A DNA stretch of 61,455 bases, counting the filler, from Choristocarpus tenellus KU-1152 (taxonomy: Eukaryota > Protista > Phaeophyceae): assembly GCA_964200185.2 (NCBI GenBank). It is 12 parts of 12 records of this genome, joined end to end, with 100 filler letters (N's around TTAATTAATTAA, not from the genome) between each part and the next. Parts side by side here need not be neighbours in the genome. Positions count along the whole stretch, not along the records: positions 1 to 9,949 come from CAXNAD020003253.1; positions 10,050 to 12,740 come from CAXNAD020025616.1; positions 12,841 to 15,351 come from CAXNAD020027189.1; 9 more parts are not named here. One strand, given 5' to 3'. A program made the translations under genes and the position numbers. The first letter of the stretch is position 1. The number at the start of each line of letters is the position of its first letter. Positions 1 through 12,965 of this stretch are shown in pieces. The notes beneath the pieces are model-generated. The model did no database searches. It saw only the letters and a program-made list of their open reading frames with translations, and had not been told where the DNA came from.

Positions 1-790
1 GGGGATAAGTGGATGTATACTGTTGATGAGGAGGGACTGACTTGCCAGTCTAGTACCACTCCTGAAATAGATACATGTCTGGTGGAACAGCCGGAGGTGA
101 TGGCTTCTGAGGATACTATAGTGCACTTGTACCTTGTCCTCTGTGGCAACTATACTATACTATGAGATTTATACATTTTTCTCACACTGTCGTTCATTGT
201 GTTTTGTATGTGTGTGTGTATGTAGGTGTGCGTGCGTGTCTCACCAGCTCGTGCGTGTATCAAGTAAAGAGGTGCACTACTGCCTTGTTGTAGTTAAGCA
301 TTGCTTTGCATTCTCTTCTCCACCTCTCCAACTTGTAGCTGCACTAATTATTTAGGGACGATATTGAATATTGACAAGTGAAGGTGCTGTGTAAGGTTTT
401 GACAAATCAAAAGGTATACTTTATTTCAATCATTTCAGGTACTCTATTGGAATTGGAACAATTGAAGGTACTGTATTAGAGTTTGACAGATATGAAGGAT
501 GCTATGTAGTAAAGATTTAACGATATAAGTGTATAATAGTGTAGTTCAATAAAAATTAAAAGTGAGACAACAGGAAGTCCTGTATTCTGTCGATCACTGA
601 TCACTAATCATGGATTACTTGCTGCAATATTTCCTGTTCCTGAACTCTTCCATGTTCTAGTTCATACACCCTCTACACAAGAATAAAAATAATATTCTTG
701 ACAAATGAAACCATTCTGGAAATACATGATGCCCTTGTAACAGCTCCCAGAACAGATTATGCACTGTACAATATAATATGTTGTAGTAAT

Positions 791-1049
791 GAGCCAAATA
801 AATCGAGAGGCAAGTAGGGTTACATTTCAAGGATCCCGAGAAAGGGCAAAAATGTGTCAACTTGCACAATTGCAGGAAGAGCCTTTGGTTGATTGTGGTG
901 CTACATTGTGCGTGGAAAGGGGGAATATCAATTTTGTGTGCACTATAATGCATTTATAACAATGAAATAGAGTGCATTGCATAGGGTAAGAGCAATGACT
1001 TGGAATGCAACAGGTTCCAAACCTGCCTACCTCTCGATCGGTTTAGCTC
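791..1049 (+). mobile_element. MITE family C copy
   Basis: GAGCCAAATAAATCGAGAGG / CCTCTCGATCGGTTTAGCTC inverted termini; interior matches 17258-17521. Confidence 0.8.
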
Positions 1050-1366
1050 ACTACCTCGTAGCATTAACCTCTCAAATACCACAGCATCCCACCTCCCCAC
1101 TACTCGCACCCCCACCCCCAGACTCTACTGTAGCCACTCACTACCACCTCCAACTTGGCCTTCATGACTCTCTGTGCCCTGAATCCACCAGCACATCCTC
1201 CTCCTCCTCCTCCTCCTCTGCCTCTCACCACAACAACAGAGAGAGTCAACCGGCAGGTGATGCCCTGAGGCACAAAAAACTACCATGCCCAATCAACACA
1301 GCATTGGAGTTGTCAATCAAAGATATTAATCTGGAAACCACCAACATCCCATGGCTAAATTAAGGG

Positions 1367-4300
1367 TTATGAGGGTTGGCGGGTAAGTATCTCGAGGACA
1401 TTCCTGGCTATCTCTTCGTCCTTCTCATACTCCACAACCTCCACAGTGGATCCTTCAGATTGTTCTGTACCAGCAGATTGAGGTTTCCTACACCTTCCTT
1501 GGCCCTCTTCCACATCATCACTCAAGACTGTTGCAACGCTTCCTGAGGCAATCACTTTGTTCCTTAGGCTCTCGTGGCCCTGGTTGTGTCCCTGATGTGC
1601 TGCTACCTGTTGCTCTTGCTGCTGATGGTGGTGTTGCTGGATGAAGGGTGTGTTCTTGCAGAGAGTTTCCACCGTCCTGAGAGTTTTGAACAGGGTGTCT
1701 CTTTCAGAGCAGGTTTTTGTAATAATGGAGGCCATTTGTTGCCGTTCGGTCTTGACTCTCCTGCAACAAGAACGAGTGGGAAAGGGGGGGGGCACGGGAT
1801 GGGTGAAGAATATGAAAACAGAGCAATAGGAATAAGCAGACATTGGACGCAACAATAACAAGAGAAACAGATGGCATTGAGCATGGAAAAAATGGGGGGA
1901 AATGTACATATTTGAATCGTAAAATACTATTTAATGTTTTTAAAGAGTATCATACACTAGTACTATATAGATAGGTGTGTCCTTGGTTGGAGAAATAAGA
2001 TCGTAATAACAATTGTAGTAACAGTGATATTTCATGATGAACAAAAATATTTGAAATGAAGACACACAACAACAAAATATTGTAGGAAGGCAGTAACGCA
2101 AAGATTGTGACTGGTGGTAAAGAAAGGGGAGACACATGAAGGATGTACACAAAAATATATCAAGGTGATAGTGATAGAAAAATATATGAATGTAGTACAT
2201 GTAGAGAATGTATGTATCGTTTAAATATATACACATACATAGTCTTAAAACGATATAAACAAATGACACTCAACACAACATGACTAAATATACGGACCTT
2301 ACCCAGACGCAGTTGCATCATTGGACCGTGATCAGAATTAAACAGGTGAAACAGAACTATCGTTACCATTTATTTACTGCTATGCTTATTGTTGCTACAA
2401 ATACTGTCTTTGCCATTGTTTAATACTATTTTATTATTGTGCCCTCTGACATTTTGCAGATGTGTCAGGGGGGAAACCAATGAAAACTATATATACATGT
2501 CGTTATTNNNNNNNNNNACATTGTAAGTGTGGAAACCACTAATCTATCAGTTACTTCACCACTATCAAATATTGTACTACTGTATTCTTTGCTTTAATAC
2601 TATCAATATTATCGTTCTTGATACAAAATACTAGTGATATAATTATTACCATGATGATTATTATCGTATTATTGTTGTAGAGTATACAACATTTACAGTT
2701 AGAAAAACAATTCTTAGTGCAATGGGAAAAGTCGTATTCAAAGCATTTGCCCACCTCAAACAACGCAACGCTTGCATACCACAACCCAAGTATATTAGCA
2801 ATATACTGCGTTATAGTACACATGGCATGGGTGTTGTCCTGCACAATGAACCTTGTGGGTCAAACTAGGCTAAGTATTTGCCGACCTGTACATGTTGCAA
2901 AGCAAATAGCCCCATGCGTTTTCAAGTATAACTGGGGGTTTTGGAGCAAATTCGCCGATGCGTTTGATAGACAATCATGGACATTGAGAGCGGGTGCCTC
3001 AGAGCAACTGGTCCCTAAATGTTGTCCAGACAATGGACATTATAGAGCAAAATGGCCCCAACACCGTAGTGTGGCACAGGAACATGGCTGTATTTTTAAG
3101 GGTAAACATGCTAGTATTGAGCATCAACATTGTTCAACATGTGAAGCATTGGCATTGGCCAATTCTAGCTCTTCCTCGTCACAATATGTCGCAGTGCTGG
3201 GTCACTAGCATGCACATACCTCATTCTCAATCACCAGTATATGTATTTGTTATTATCATTTATTCATTTATTTAAAGACATATTGAGGAAAAAGTAGCAC
3301 CACTAATAAATTTCAAACCACAGTAGGTCTGTCTTGTGTGTCTGTGGTTTGCTTGTGTATGGTGGTTCAAGTAAAATCAGGAAAAAAGGATAAAGTTGTG
3401 AAGAGGAATTGTAGGTTCCGTTTCTTCTGCCAAAACAAGGTATCAATCAGGGTGTGTACTGGTCAAACGATCTTCTATCGTTTGTTGCTTATTTACGATC
3501 TGCAAAAGCAAATTGTACCAAGCACATTTCATTCTTCAAATATATATATGTGTGTGTAATTTTGAGTATTCTTGGAAAAAAAATAGTTGTTGGGGTTGAC
3601 CTTTTATTTCAAATTCTAAATAACATGATAATATTTAAGTACTGATAGACTGTTTGACTGACTGACCCACTGAGTTCAATTTCCAGCAGACACACCAGAT
3701 CACACCACAGCTTGTACATCTCGGACAAGGCACTTTCCTCCGCTTGCTTGTCCTCATTGTCCTCCTCCTCCTTCACAAGCCCCACCCCCCGCCCCCCAAT
3801 ACACTCCCCATATTTCTTCTTTTTTTCCAAATCCTTCGGCCTCTGTCCCACTCCCCCCTCTGCCCTCCCCTCCCATGTTGATTTTGCTGTTGGACTCTGC
3901 ATCACACCAGGCTCTCCAGAAACATCAATGCCACTCTTCTGCTTGTTGTTATTTCCTTGCAACATACTGTTGTCCAATCTCTTCCTGACGCCACCAGCAA
4001 TGCCTTTGCAAAGATTGGAATCCCTATAGCGTTGTATCGCCCTTCCTCTTTTGCCCTCCTCCACCTTTTCCGTTCTGTCAAAGCAACGAAGTGACCTCAA
4101 TGAGTTCACATGAGAGGGTACTCCCTTTTTAAGGAGACTCAGAAGGGCCGTCAATGTAGCAAGGGCAGTGGAGGCACTACAGTCCTGCACATGCTCCTTT
4201 GGTGAGAGAGAGAAAGAGAGAGAGAGAGGGAGAGAAGGAGAGCATAGGGAGGGGGAACTTCACTTTGTTGAGGGCTAGGTCAAGATTAAAATTCAAGGTG

Positions 4301-7300
4301 ATGATAATATTTGACATTGTGGGATACCAAACATGGTATGAAGAGCAAAGGGATGGCTTGTACATCACAGTACATCATGACATTCTGCCTATAGGGTGGG
4401 ATGCCTACAACCTGCCAAGTTCCTCAACACTACCCTACCCTTGCTTCCTCCATTATTGGCATCACTCTGAGATGCAGAGTGAAGGAGAGAGGTGGACGGC
4501 CAACCAAACAACTGTTAGCAGGGCTCATGGTTAGGGAGGTTTGGGGGCCAGATAAGGGCAACTTTGGGGTCAAAAAAAGAACAGAGAGGAAAAAAACTAA
4601 GGCAAAGGCGAGCATCAGAGCACAGTCATCATGTACATGGGAAACGAGAGGTTAACAGATAGGCATAACTTCCTGTGGTGTAATAGAATGGGGCTGCTAT
4701 ACCAGTAAGCTTCACTCTTACCTCCATAGAACCCAAATTAGTAGATAATTCCTCACTCCTTCCCCCCATCCCCAAGCCCCCTCCTCCTATTCCTTTTATT
4801 ACACTTCTAATTCTACATTCTTGCTGCCCTCCAATATTTCTGTATGTCTCTCCTCCTCCTCCCCTCCCTCCTCCTTCCCCACACCAACTACGACCACCTC
4901 CACAAAGAACCCTCTCATACACACCAACACCTTGTGGACCAACCAAAGAACTGCACAACACTCTTGTTCTCTGTGCACCATGCGCCCCACCATCCCCAAC
5001 CTGCTGACCCATATCACCACAGTTATTACCCACCCTACTCCTCCACCCCCCATTCCCATCCCCCGATGTAGGTGATGCTCCACACGGAACCTCAAGCGCT
5101 ACTACTGTTTTGTCCAGGCCCGCCTCCTCCACAAACCCCCTAACCAACCCGCCTCTTGCTACACCTTCAACTCCCACGAGCCTGGGACCATCGATGACAG
5201 ACTTGCGCAAGCGTGCAGATCCAAGCCGGTTAGACCCAGCAACCCCAGTCCCTCTAAGTGACACTCGAGACATAGAGAGGTTCCCATTGGCAGTGGAGGA
5301 AGGAGAACCTAGGCGACAGACATTCCCCCCGCCCCGGCCCTTCTCACAAGATTTTTCCGATGTTTTGCCATCTCTATCCAATGGGAGTTGTATGTTTTCC
5401 TGACTAGCAGTGGTGGAGAGGGGAGAGATTGGTCTAGCCTGTTGGTGACGGTGTTGCTTCTTTCGCTGGGCTTCTTGGCGGCGAGCCGAAGCCTGGTAGG
5501 CCAGGACAACTTCCTGAGGGCATTGGATGTAAAGGGGAGAAAGGTTGGGTATCCAAGAAAGGGACTACAGATATTTTGAGGGTTCCTCTTACGGAGCGTA
5601 GCATAACAAGGGCAACTCCCCGGCCTGAAGTGTCAAATGAGGGCATGATCGAAAGTAGGCGGAAATTTGGGCAAATACAACAGCTGCTGTGTTCTCAATA
5701 TACTCAATGTTTTATATATATATATTCATACTGAGCAGTTGTTTTTCATATTTTACCATATATCATCAAATGCAACAGAAAAAAATATACAAGTCATTAT
5801 AGCTTTACACTTTGTAGAGAAGCAGTTTAGGTGAACCAAAACCAGCGATCCTAAATTCTCTTGGCATTTATACAATTTTTCGGCTCACTGTGTATGTGTT
5901 GCACTTCGAAGCAAGATGTAGGTACTCCACATCTCTCTCCCACCTTTCACACATAATCCCAGCCCTGAATCCTGTTCTTGACTGCACAAAGAAAAACTGC
6001 CTTTATCGGATCATTTCGGTTCAAACCGACGTTTATACCTGATATAAACTCAGAATGGATCCTTAACCCACACACAAATGCTACCCCTCACCCCAAACAC
6101 CACCACAAAATATGGTAGTGGATGAACCTATCTTGGTACAATGCACAGAAGAAAGTGCTAAGCATGCAGTGCCTTCCCAAGGTTTTGGAAATGCCCCCAT
6201 TACAATAACCGGCACTGGGATGTAAGTGGTTCCTTTTGCACGCATCATACCAATCATAGTCCTCCTTCAATAGCAAAAGCAATGTGTCCACACTACCTGG
6301 CAGGATACTTCCTACTGGGTGAAAGTATCTTAGAGGGTACGAGTTTTCCCCTGTTTGTCCATTTGGGACTTGGCTTCCCATGGTCTCTTTTCATGACATT
6401 TTCCTACTCCAAAGTGTTCGGAGTAGGTAAAGTGTATACATTGTGAAAAGGTATGTCCGGAACAAGGATATTGACACTTCCTAACAAAAATGATAGCCAA
6501 AATTACATCAAAATTGCAACATTGGATTTTGGACCCCAAATGGACGCGGTTCTATCCTCTAAGATACCTTGATTATAATCGAGAGCAATCAACTGAGTCC
6601 GTCTGTACTTCATCACTCAGTCATACTGGGATTGAGTGGGCCTGAAGTTTCCTTGGTATTCCCCTCACAAGGGATGATCTCTGGGAGAGTATATGGAGGA
6701 AAATACCCAGGGCTACATATAACAATATGTGTTCCCTATCTATTGTCAACACTATATCACAGTAGCTACTGTAGTGATGCTGGAAACCTACATCTGTAGC
6801 TGGAAAAGGATCGATCATGTGATGATCAAAATGTTGTTCATTTTACCTGTACTATTGGCACTGTTGGAGCAATTCAAGTCTTTGTAACCGATTCAACATA
6901 TGTTGACCTGGTTTTGACGGCCAGTAGTTGTCTCTAGTCAGGTAATTAGTTCCCCTATCAGACCACACGTTCTACATTTTGGCCCCTTTAATAATATTTC
7001 TGCCTAAAACCGGTCGATCCCGGTTCAGTCACCATAGTACAAAATAAATAACGTGGGAGATCAGGAATCCTGGTCCATCCATTCTTTGGTCAATGCAATA
7101 CTCAGTTGACTTCTTGAGAGTTGATTTTACATTCATAAACTCACTGGTCCAGTTCTGCTAACCAACTGATAGCACCATTGAGACAGCTCGAGATTATCCT
7201 TGTACTTCCCTGCAGAGAGACTGTCCACTGAAACTTCAACATGCTGACCACATGAGGAGACAGCTGCCTACAATGGAACAGATGAAGAGAGGGGGGACGA

Positions 7301-8073
7301 CGCGAACAGGTGGGTGCTCGAAGCTTCCTTGTCATCGATACTTGACCGCAGTCAAGAGAAATTACACCTTGCAAGTTGCAACTGGTTAAAGGGAAAATAG
7401 TTGAAAGTAGCAGGGAAGTCGATGGTGTGGAATTGGAGAGATAGCATTTGTTAAAAAGGGTTTATGGGAAATGCTGGTAATATGTGGTTAAGCCTCTATG
7501 GTACAGTACTGCCTGGGATGTGACCTGGAAGATACGAAGATTTCTGGCAAAGTCTCCCCTGCTCCTTGCGTTGAAGTCCAGTCTCTCCAGAGGGACCTTG
7601 CCCGGGAATAGAGCATCCAACACGTGGCAGTAGGCGATACCATCGCAGAGGTGCTCGATCTCAACATCAATTTGCGAAGACAGGATTCACGTCCAGAGGT
7701 GGGGAGAATGGGGATGTAAATGAAGGAGGAAAGGTCGGATCCAATCCAAAGAATAACCCCGTTAGATTCCTTGTAAGATGATTGGAATGGGTGACACAGG
7801 AGCACACCGTCGTTGAACCAATCTACCGAGCGGGGCGTGATATGAGCACTGAACAGTTCACAGAGTCCCAGAGAGGAATACATTTAGAAGAATGCGAGCT
7901 AAGTACTAGCAGCGAGTTGGGGAGAGGTAAGCAAGAGAAGAGGGAAAGGATTAGCTCTTTATTGGTTGTACCTTATGATAATCTGTTTCAGCAACTTGAT
8001 TGATCCACCCAAGCACCTCCATCCTGCCGACAGTCTGTGCCTTTTGCAAGACTAGACTAGACGCTCCCCGCAT
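1367..8073 (-). CDS. EB1: EB1/RP-family microtubule end-binding protein, unusually long (~691 aa); exons 8073-7972, 7659-7525, 7267-7145, 5513-4722, 4196-3667, 1760-1367
   Basis: Spliced translation gives a CH domain: GRMEVLGWINQVAETDYHK|IEHLCDGIAYCHVLDALFPGKVPLERLDFNARSRGDFARNLRIFQ|AAVSSCGQHVEVSVDSLSAGKYKDNLELSQWCYQL. C-terminal EBH motif: ERDTLFKTLRTVETLC...IARNVLEILT. All introns are GT-AG and phase compatible; exon total is 2076 nt. Extra small exons cannot be excluded. Confidence 0.88.
6317..6575 (+). mobile_element. MITE family A copy (in EB1 intron)
   Basis: TIR GGGTGAAAGTATCTTAGAGGGTA / ...CTCTAAGATACCTTGATTA; flanks TACT/TAAT. Confidence 0.9.
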
Positions 8074-8494
8074 TGCGTCACCTCTAAGAAGACAAATTTC
8101 CTCAGCTGCTAGATGTGGACAAGCTCCCCAAGATGATTCTATACAATCTAAGCGTTGCGCTGTGTGCGAACAACGAGACCTTCGACACGTAACCTGCAAC
8201 AGGAGCGAATATCACTCCATGTATAGTATCCAAGATCGCATTTTGAATTTTTTATGGTAATACAAATAATATCGTTTATTATTTTGGAACGTCTCGTAGC
8301 GCCCAGAGCCCTGTCCATGCCAACATCCCAACATCACCAACTCTCGCCATATCCCTTGTATCTGTATCCCTTCACGGTGCCTCCCTCTCTATCCAATCCC
8401 GCCTCCACACTGCCGAGTCTATAAGAGTGGAGAGAAGAGCATTCAACCTTCGGTCATCATCAGTGAAATAAGAGTTATCAGAGCTGAAAGTTCT
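8074..8494. promoter_or_regulatory. Probable bidirectional promoter region between the EB1 and histidine phosphatase genes
   Basis: Divergent ATGs 421 bp apart with an AT-rich core at 8240-8285. Confidence 0.55.
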
Positions 8495-9683
8495 ATGCAA
8501 TCAGCAACCTCGATGCCAGAGTCATCCCTCCTAGTGATTGTGCTGGCGTGCGCCCTCATGGCGTTCGTGACATATGTTCTGAGCAGTGGACAGGTGGTGC
8601 TGGAAAATGTCTGGCGGAAAGCTAAGCTTGGGTTGGTGGGCACAGTTCATATGCTTTTTTCTAAGGACAAGAAATTCAAGCAAGTGGTAAGTAAAGTTTA
8701 TCAAGTTATTCTGCTGCTTCCATGTCTCGCAAGCATGCCTATTCCGGCAGTCCATCATCTACGACGTGATTTGTGCTGGTCGCCACAATATCCATCCGTC
8801 GCATTTCAATCACGCCCATGTCTGCGCAGTTTTGTTGGTTGAAGAAAAACCAGTATCTGGTGACAGGGAATGAAGTGTGGTCGTTCGAGTCGTCCTACGT
8901 TCGCTTCGCTTTTTCCACAATTAACTCTCTATCTTATGCATATTACGTATGGATGAAACTTCAGTAATCAATAACGTTAACCCCTCTATCTGTGAGGCAG
9001 GTGGACCCACAGTTGGTGCAGGTGGACCGGGCTTCCCGTGGAAAGAGGATTATCTTCATCCGGCACGGGGAATCAGAGTGGAACGAGGTGAAATTGTGGA
9101 ATGAGTACAAAGTTTTCCCCTCTACCTAGTTCCCCTTTGCTAGTTCCAGGAGATAGCTTCTCAACCAATGGATGGTCTGGACTAAAACCTACAGAGATGT
9201 GCCGTGAATCAACGAGCGACTTACATGACCGAATCGTCCCTTAACAATTTCCTATCCATCCAACGCATCGACTCGGGCAGGGGGTTACTTTGCAGATTTT
9301 CAGGTCCAGATCACTCCAGTCACCCAGTTACCTAATTTTGCTGATGTCTATTTTAATACCGCAGGTCCTCTATTGCCTCAGTATATTTGTATTCCTCTCC
9401 CAGAATAGACTGTGTACGCACCCCCCTCTGCCCCTCCAGACATCCACCGTTCCACAACCCCTGACCCACCTCAGTAGAGCCCTTCTACATCCCTAGGAAT
9501 ATGAGAGAACAAGTATGCAACCTTGTGTTCCTACTGTCTCAATCTCGCAAGGTATTCAATCGAGGATATGGACCAGGGTTCTTGATACGCCTCATCAAGG
9601 CCATCATCAAAGAGTTGATGATGCTGACGACCAGAGACAGTGTCTTCTTCGACTCTCCCTTGAGCGACACCGGCATTCGTCAG
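8495..9683 (+). CDS. Histidine phosphatase (phosphoglycerate mutase superfamily), 5' part; exons 8495-8686, 9001-9087, 9552-9683; truncated by contig end
   Basis: KRIIFIRHGESEWNE catalytic motif and DSPLSDTGIRQ motif; hydrophobic N-terminus; phase-0 GT-AG introns. Confidence 0.88.
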
Positions 9684-9949
9684 GTCAGAGGGGGGCAGGG
9701 CATGAGGGGAAGAGGTAGGAAACCTACTTGATTGTTGCCTAGGACTCTCGTGAAACTGTAGTTGGCTGGTGTAGTGATGCTAGTTTGTCGCTCACAAGTA
9801 CATACTTGGTTGGATTTATGTTTTTTTAATAGCAGGACTTTTTTGCTCTGAATTGGAGGGTTGCTGATAGGGAGGGGAGGGGGGGGGGGGGGGGGGGGGG
9901 GGGAACAAGGGACCCAGCCTTAGAAAGGGGGGGGGTATTTTGGGGCCAA

Positions 9950-10049
9950 NNNNNNNNNNNNNNNNNNNNNNNNNNNNNNNNNNNNNNNNNNNNTTAATTA
10001 ATTAANNNNNNNNNNNNNNNNNNNNNNNNNNNNNNNNNNNNNNNNNNNN
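9950..10049. other. Artificial contig linker N44-TTAATTAATTAA-N44; also at 12741, 15352, 19499, 22140, 25302, 28131, 35948, 49851, 52764, 55465 (each 100 bp)
   Basis: Identical palindromic 12-mer giving stops in all six frames, centred in N runs. Confidence 0.98.
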
Positions 10050-11132
10050 AAAAAAAAGAGACCATTTTTAAATAAAAAAAACTCCCCCCCCCCCTAAAAA
10101 AAAAACCCCCCCCCCCCCCCCCCCCAGATACTTTGACCCCGATCCACAATACTCTTCATCACTGCTGTGTTACAGGCGCCCCTCAATGCTCACCTCCACA
10201 GGATGTACAAGTCAAGTCCAATTCACAGATTATCGAACGTCAGTTCAGCAGAACGGGGGTACTCTCAAATGAATTAATCAGTATAAGAAATATGTATAAA
10301 GTTTGGTATCAGATAGAGAGTGTGCTATGGGTCTTTTCAGGTCAGAAGAACTGAGCCGCTTTGACCTGTTTTCTAATCATCATTTACCGTTTGGGGTTTA
10401 TTCGGGTTTACAAATACTGGCATGTATCTGATAACCCTTTCCGACCATCCATCCGTGACCCTCTGCAACTACCCGAGTTACAGTTTATTTTGCAACTTTT
10501 AGGCAAATCGGAGTTCCCTCTTTTGGGGTTCCCCTCACGCGTATACTGCTCGCGCTGGTTAAAGCGCGGGGGAAGAAATACTCGTGCTATTCGCTTGTAA
10601 CAGCTGTTCCAAACAAGGAAAGCAAGATTCCGCAACCATGTGCTCCGGAGAATATACCACAAGTAAACAACTAGTCAGATACAATAGAGGTGTTTGAAAA
10701 ACGGTAAGAGTGCTGATGTGGTGGTAGCTAACACGGATGATATCAGCTTCCCTTGCTTGAATCAGGCGTAGATTTATCCAACTCCATATTAGGTACTGAG
10801 CCTTGCTTCTTCTCGTGTCCTACTCTGCCACCCAACTATTCCAAATATAAACTACAATCCACCGCATTGTTCAACGCATCATCCATTGTACGGTATTCCA
10901 GAAAGTCATATCCAGAACTGCTCAATATATTCTATATACCTTATGTTCCAAAAAATTGTTGTAGTTACTGTAATTAATAGTGAACTGTGTATCAACTCAA
11001 GGTACTACAATCCTAACACTCCTATGTCGAAAAATATTGTATTCACACAAGTAATCAAACATAAATCTTCAGAAAGTATCTACATACGACATGAAGTAGT
11101 ATGTAACACATCATCTCGAGCGATTGGAGAGG

Positions 11133-11903
11133 GCACACAGAGTATCTGGGAGGGGGTGGCGGCTGTCCATTTGGGACCCTATTTTGCTATGTCACGGATA
11201 TTGGACTATTTGGTTGCATGCGTCGCATGAGTAATGTATTTTGTAGACCTGCTTGTATCTACGTTGATATCCTTGTACATAGGGAAGTATGGGAAAATAT
11301 GCAGTCATCGATTTGTGCTATTGATTATTTAGACCTGATGAAGTGAATAAGCGGTTTCATTGTTGGAGTATGGTGAAGTATAATACCGAAACATTCGTCT
11401 CATAGACGTACGCCGATTTTTGATATGCTGTGGCGAGTATGGTGCACAGGGAGGCTTGAGGTAAATGAGATGTACCCTTGAGGTCTGCAAGGGGATGAGA
11501 GTAGACTCGTTTCAAAGATTGAAGTTTTTGATGAGCATCTACATCAGTTTAACATTTGGGTATCTGGAATGGGGTGGCGGCTGTCCAATTGGGTGAGGGT
11601 TAGCAGGCCTTGGCGCGAATATTGGAGGATCTGGTTGTATGAGTTGCATAGATAATGTGATTTTGTAGACCTGCTTGCATATATGTCCGTATCCTTGTGC
11701 TTAAGAAGTATGAAAATATGCTATCATTAATTTTTGTGTCATAATTATTTGAACTTTTGATGTGAAGTGAATTTATCGATTAATTGATTAAAGTATAGTG
11801 AAGTAGGTTGCGGAAACGACCTGTTGATAGACGTACGCTGAATTTGGATGTACTGTTGCGAGCAAGGTATACCGTGACGGCTGGCGTAAACGAGAGGTAC
11901 CCC
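11133..11903 (+). repeat. Two diverged ~420-bp direct repeats carrying family B and family D terminal motifs
   Basis: GTATCTGG..GGGGTGGCGGCTGTCCA at 11142 and 11560; GTAAAyGAGA.GTACCC at 11461 and 11886. Confidence 0.8.
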
Positions 11904-12013
11904 AGGGATAGCGGTAAGCTTGTTTGAAAACTATTTTTTTTAGGAACATCCGCATGAAAAATACGCAACAGTCTTTAAACTTGAAAAACAAGGTGGAAAT
12001 GTACCCTCCTTTG

Positions 12014-12271
12014 GAGTCAAAGTATCTTAGAGGGTATAGCCGCGTCCATTTGGGGTCCAAAAACCAATGTTGCGATTTTGATTAATTTTGGCTGTCGTGT
12101 TTGTTAGGAAGTGTCAATATTCTTGTGGTGGACACACCTTTTCATAACATACACATTTTACCTACTGCGAAATATTTTGGAGTAGGAATATGTCATAAAA
12201 AATTCCGAGGGAAGCCAAGCCCCAAATGGACAAACAGGGCAAAACTCGTACCCTCGAAGATACTTTCACTC
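12014..12271 (-). mobile_element. MITE family A copy
   Basis: Full TIRs; perfect 4-bp TSD TTTG. Confidence 0.93.
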
Positions 12272-12965
12272 TTTGGTCGAAACTGTCGCTAAGTCTAGAA
12301 TGTGTGTGTGACTGACGGAGGATATATAAAGATAGGTTTATAACGCAAAACTCCCTAGAAGGCATTACCCTGTGATAACCTTGGCACTTTACGTTTATGA
12401 AGCGAGTAGATTTGAAGAGGTCTCTGATATACCCCAACATAGTGTGATGAAGACGAAACCCTGTGTGATACACTACATGGTGTTTAGGGCTATTGAGCTC
12501 CCTTTGCAGCAGAGAAAAAAATTGTTATATGGAGGTAACAAAGTGTTATCTCCTGGTATATTATATTTGTATTTGTGTGTACCTGCGTGCTGCGATTGCG
12601 CTCTGCCCATGTCTAAATACAAATGTGAACCCAAGCATTGTGAACCAAAGCTGTTTTTTGCAAGCAATACCGTCTTGACCAATCCTCTAGTTGACAATAG
12701 AGACACCGTTTTTGCCAAATGGGTCAAAGTATCTGGGGGGNNNNNNNNNNNNNNNNNNNNNNNNNNNNNNNNNNNNNNNNNNNNTTAATTAATTAANNNN
12801 NNNNNNNNNNNNNNNNNNNNNNNNNNNNNNNNNNNNNNNNTTTGAATCATTTGAGTATAAATAATTCCCCCCCCCCCCCCCCCCCCAACTTCGACCACCT
12901 TTGCTATTATTATTCCTATCATGTTCACTTGGTACCGCTATCTACTGTTTGTCCCTCCTTTGCAG

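Noticed and set aside
2717-3208. 163-aa plus-strand ORF
   Set aside because: Lies antisense within an EB1 intron and has no recognisable motif.
5309-5646. Apparent frameshifted start of the 4629-5381 ORF
   Set aside because: The frame is open up to a CAG acceptor at 5514; it is an internal EB1 exon.
12101-12292. Recurring small ORFs in family A copies (YPLRYF, MDKQGKTRTL)
   Set aside because: Incidental translations of a non-coding MITE; frames are not conserved between copies.
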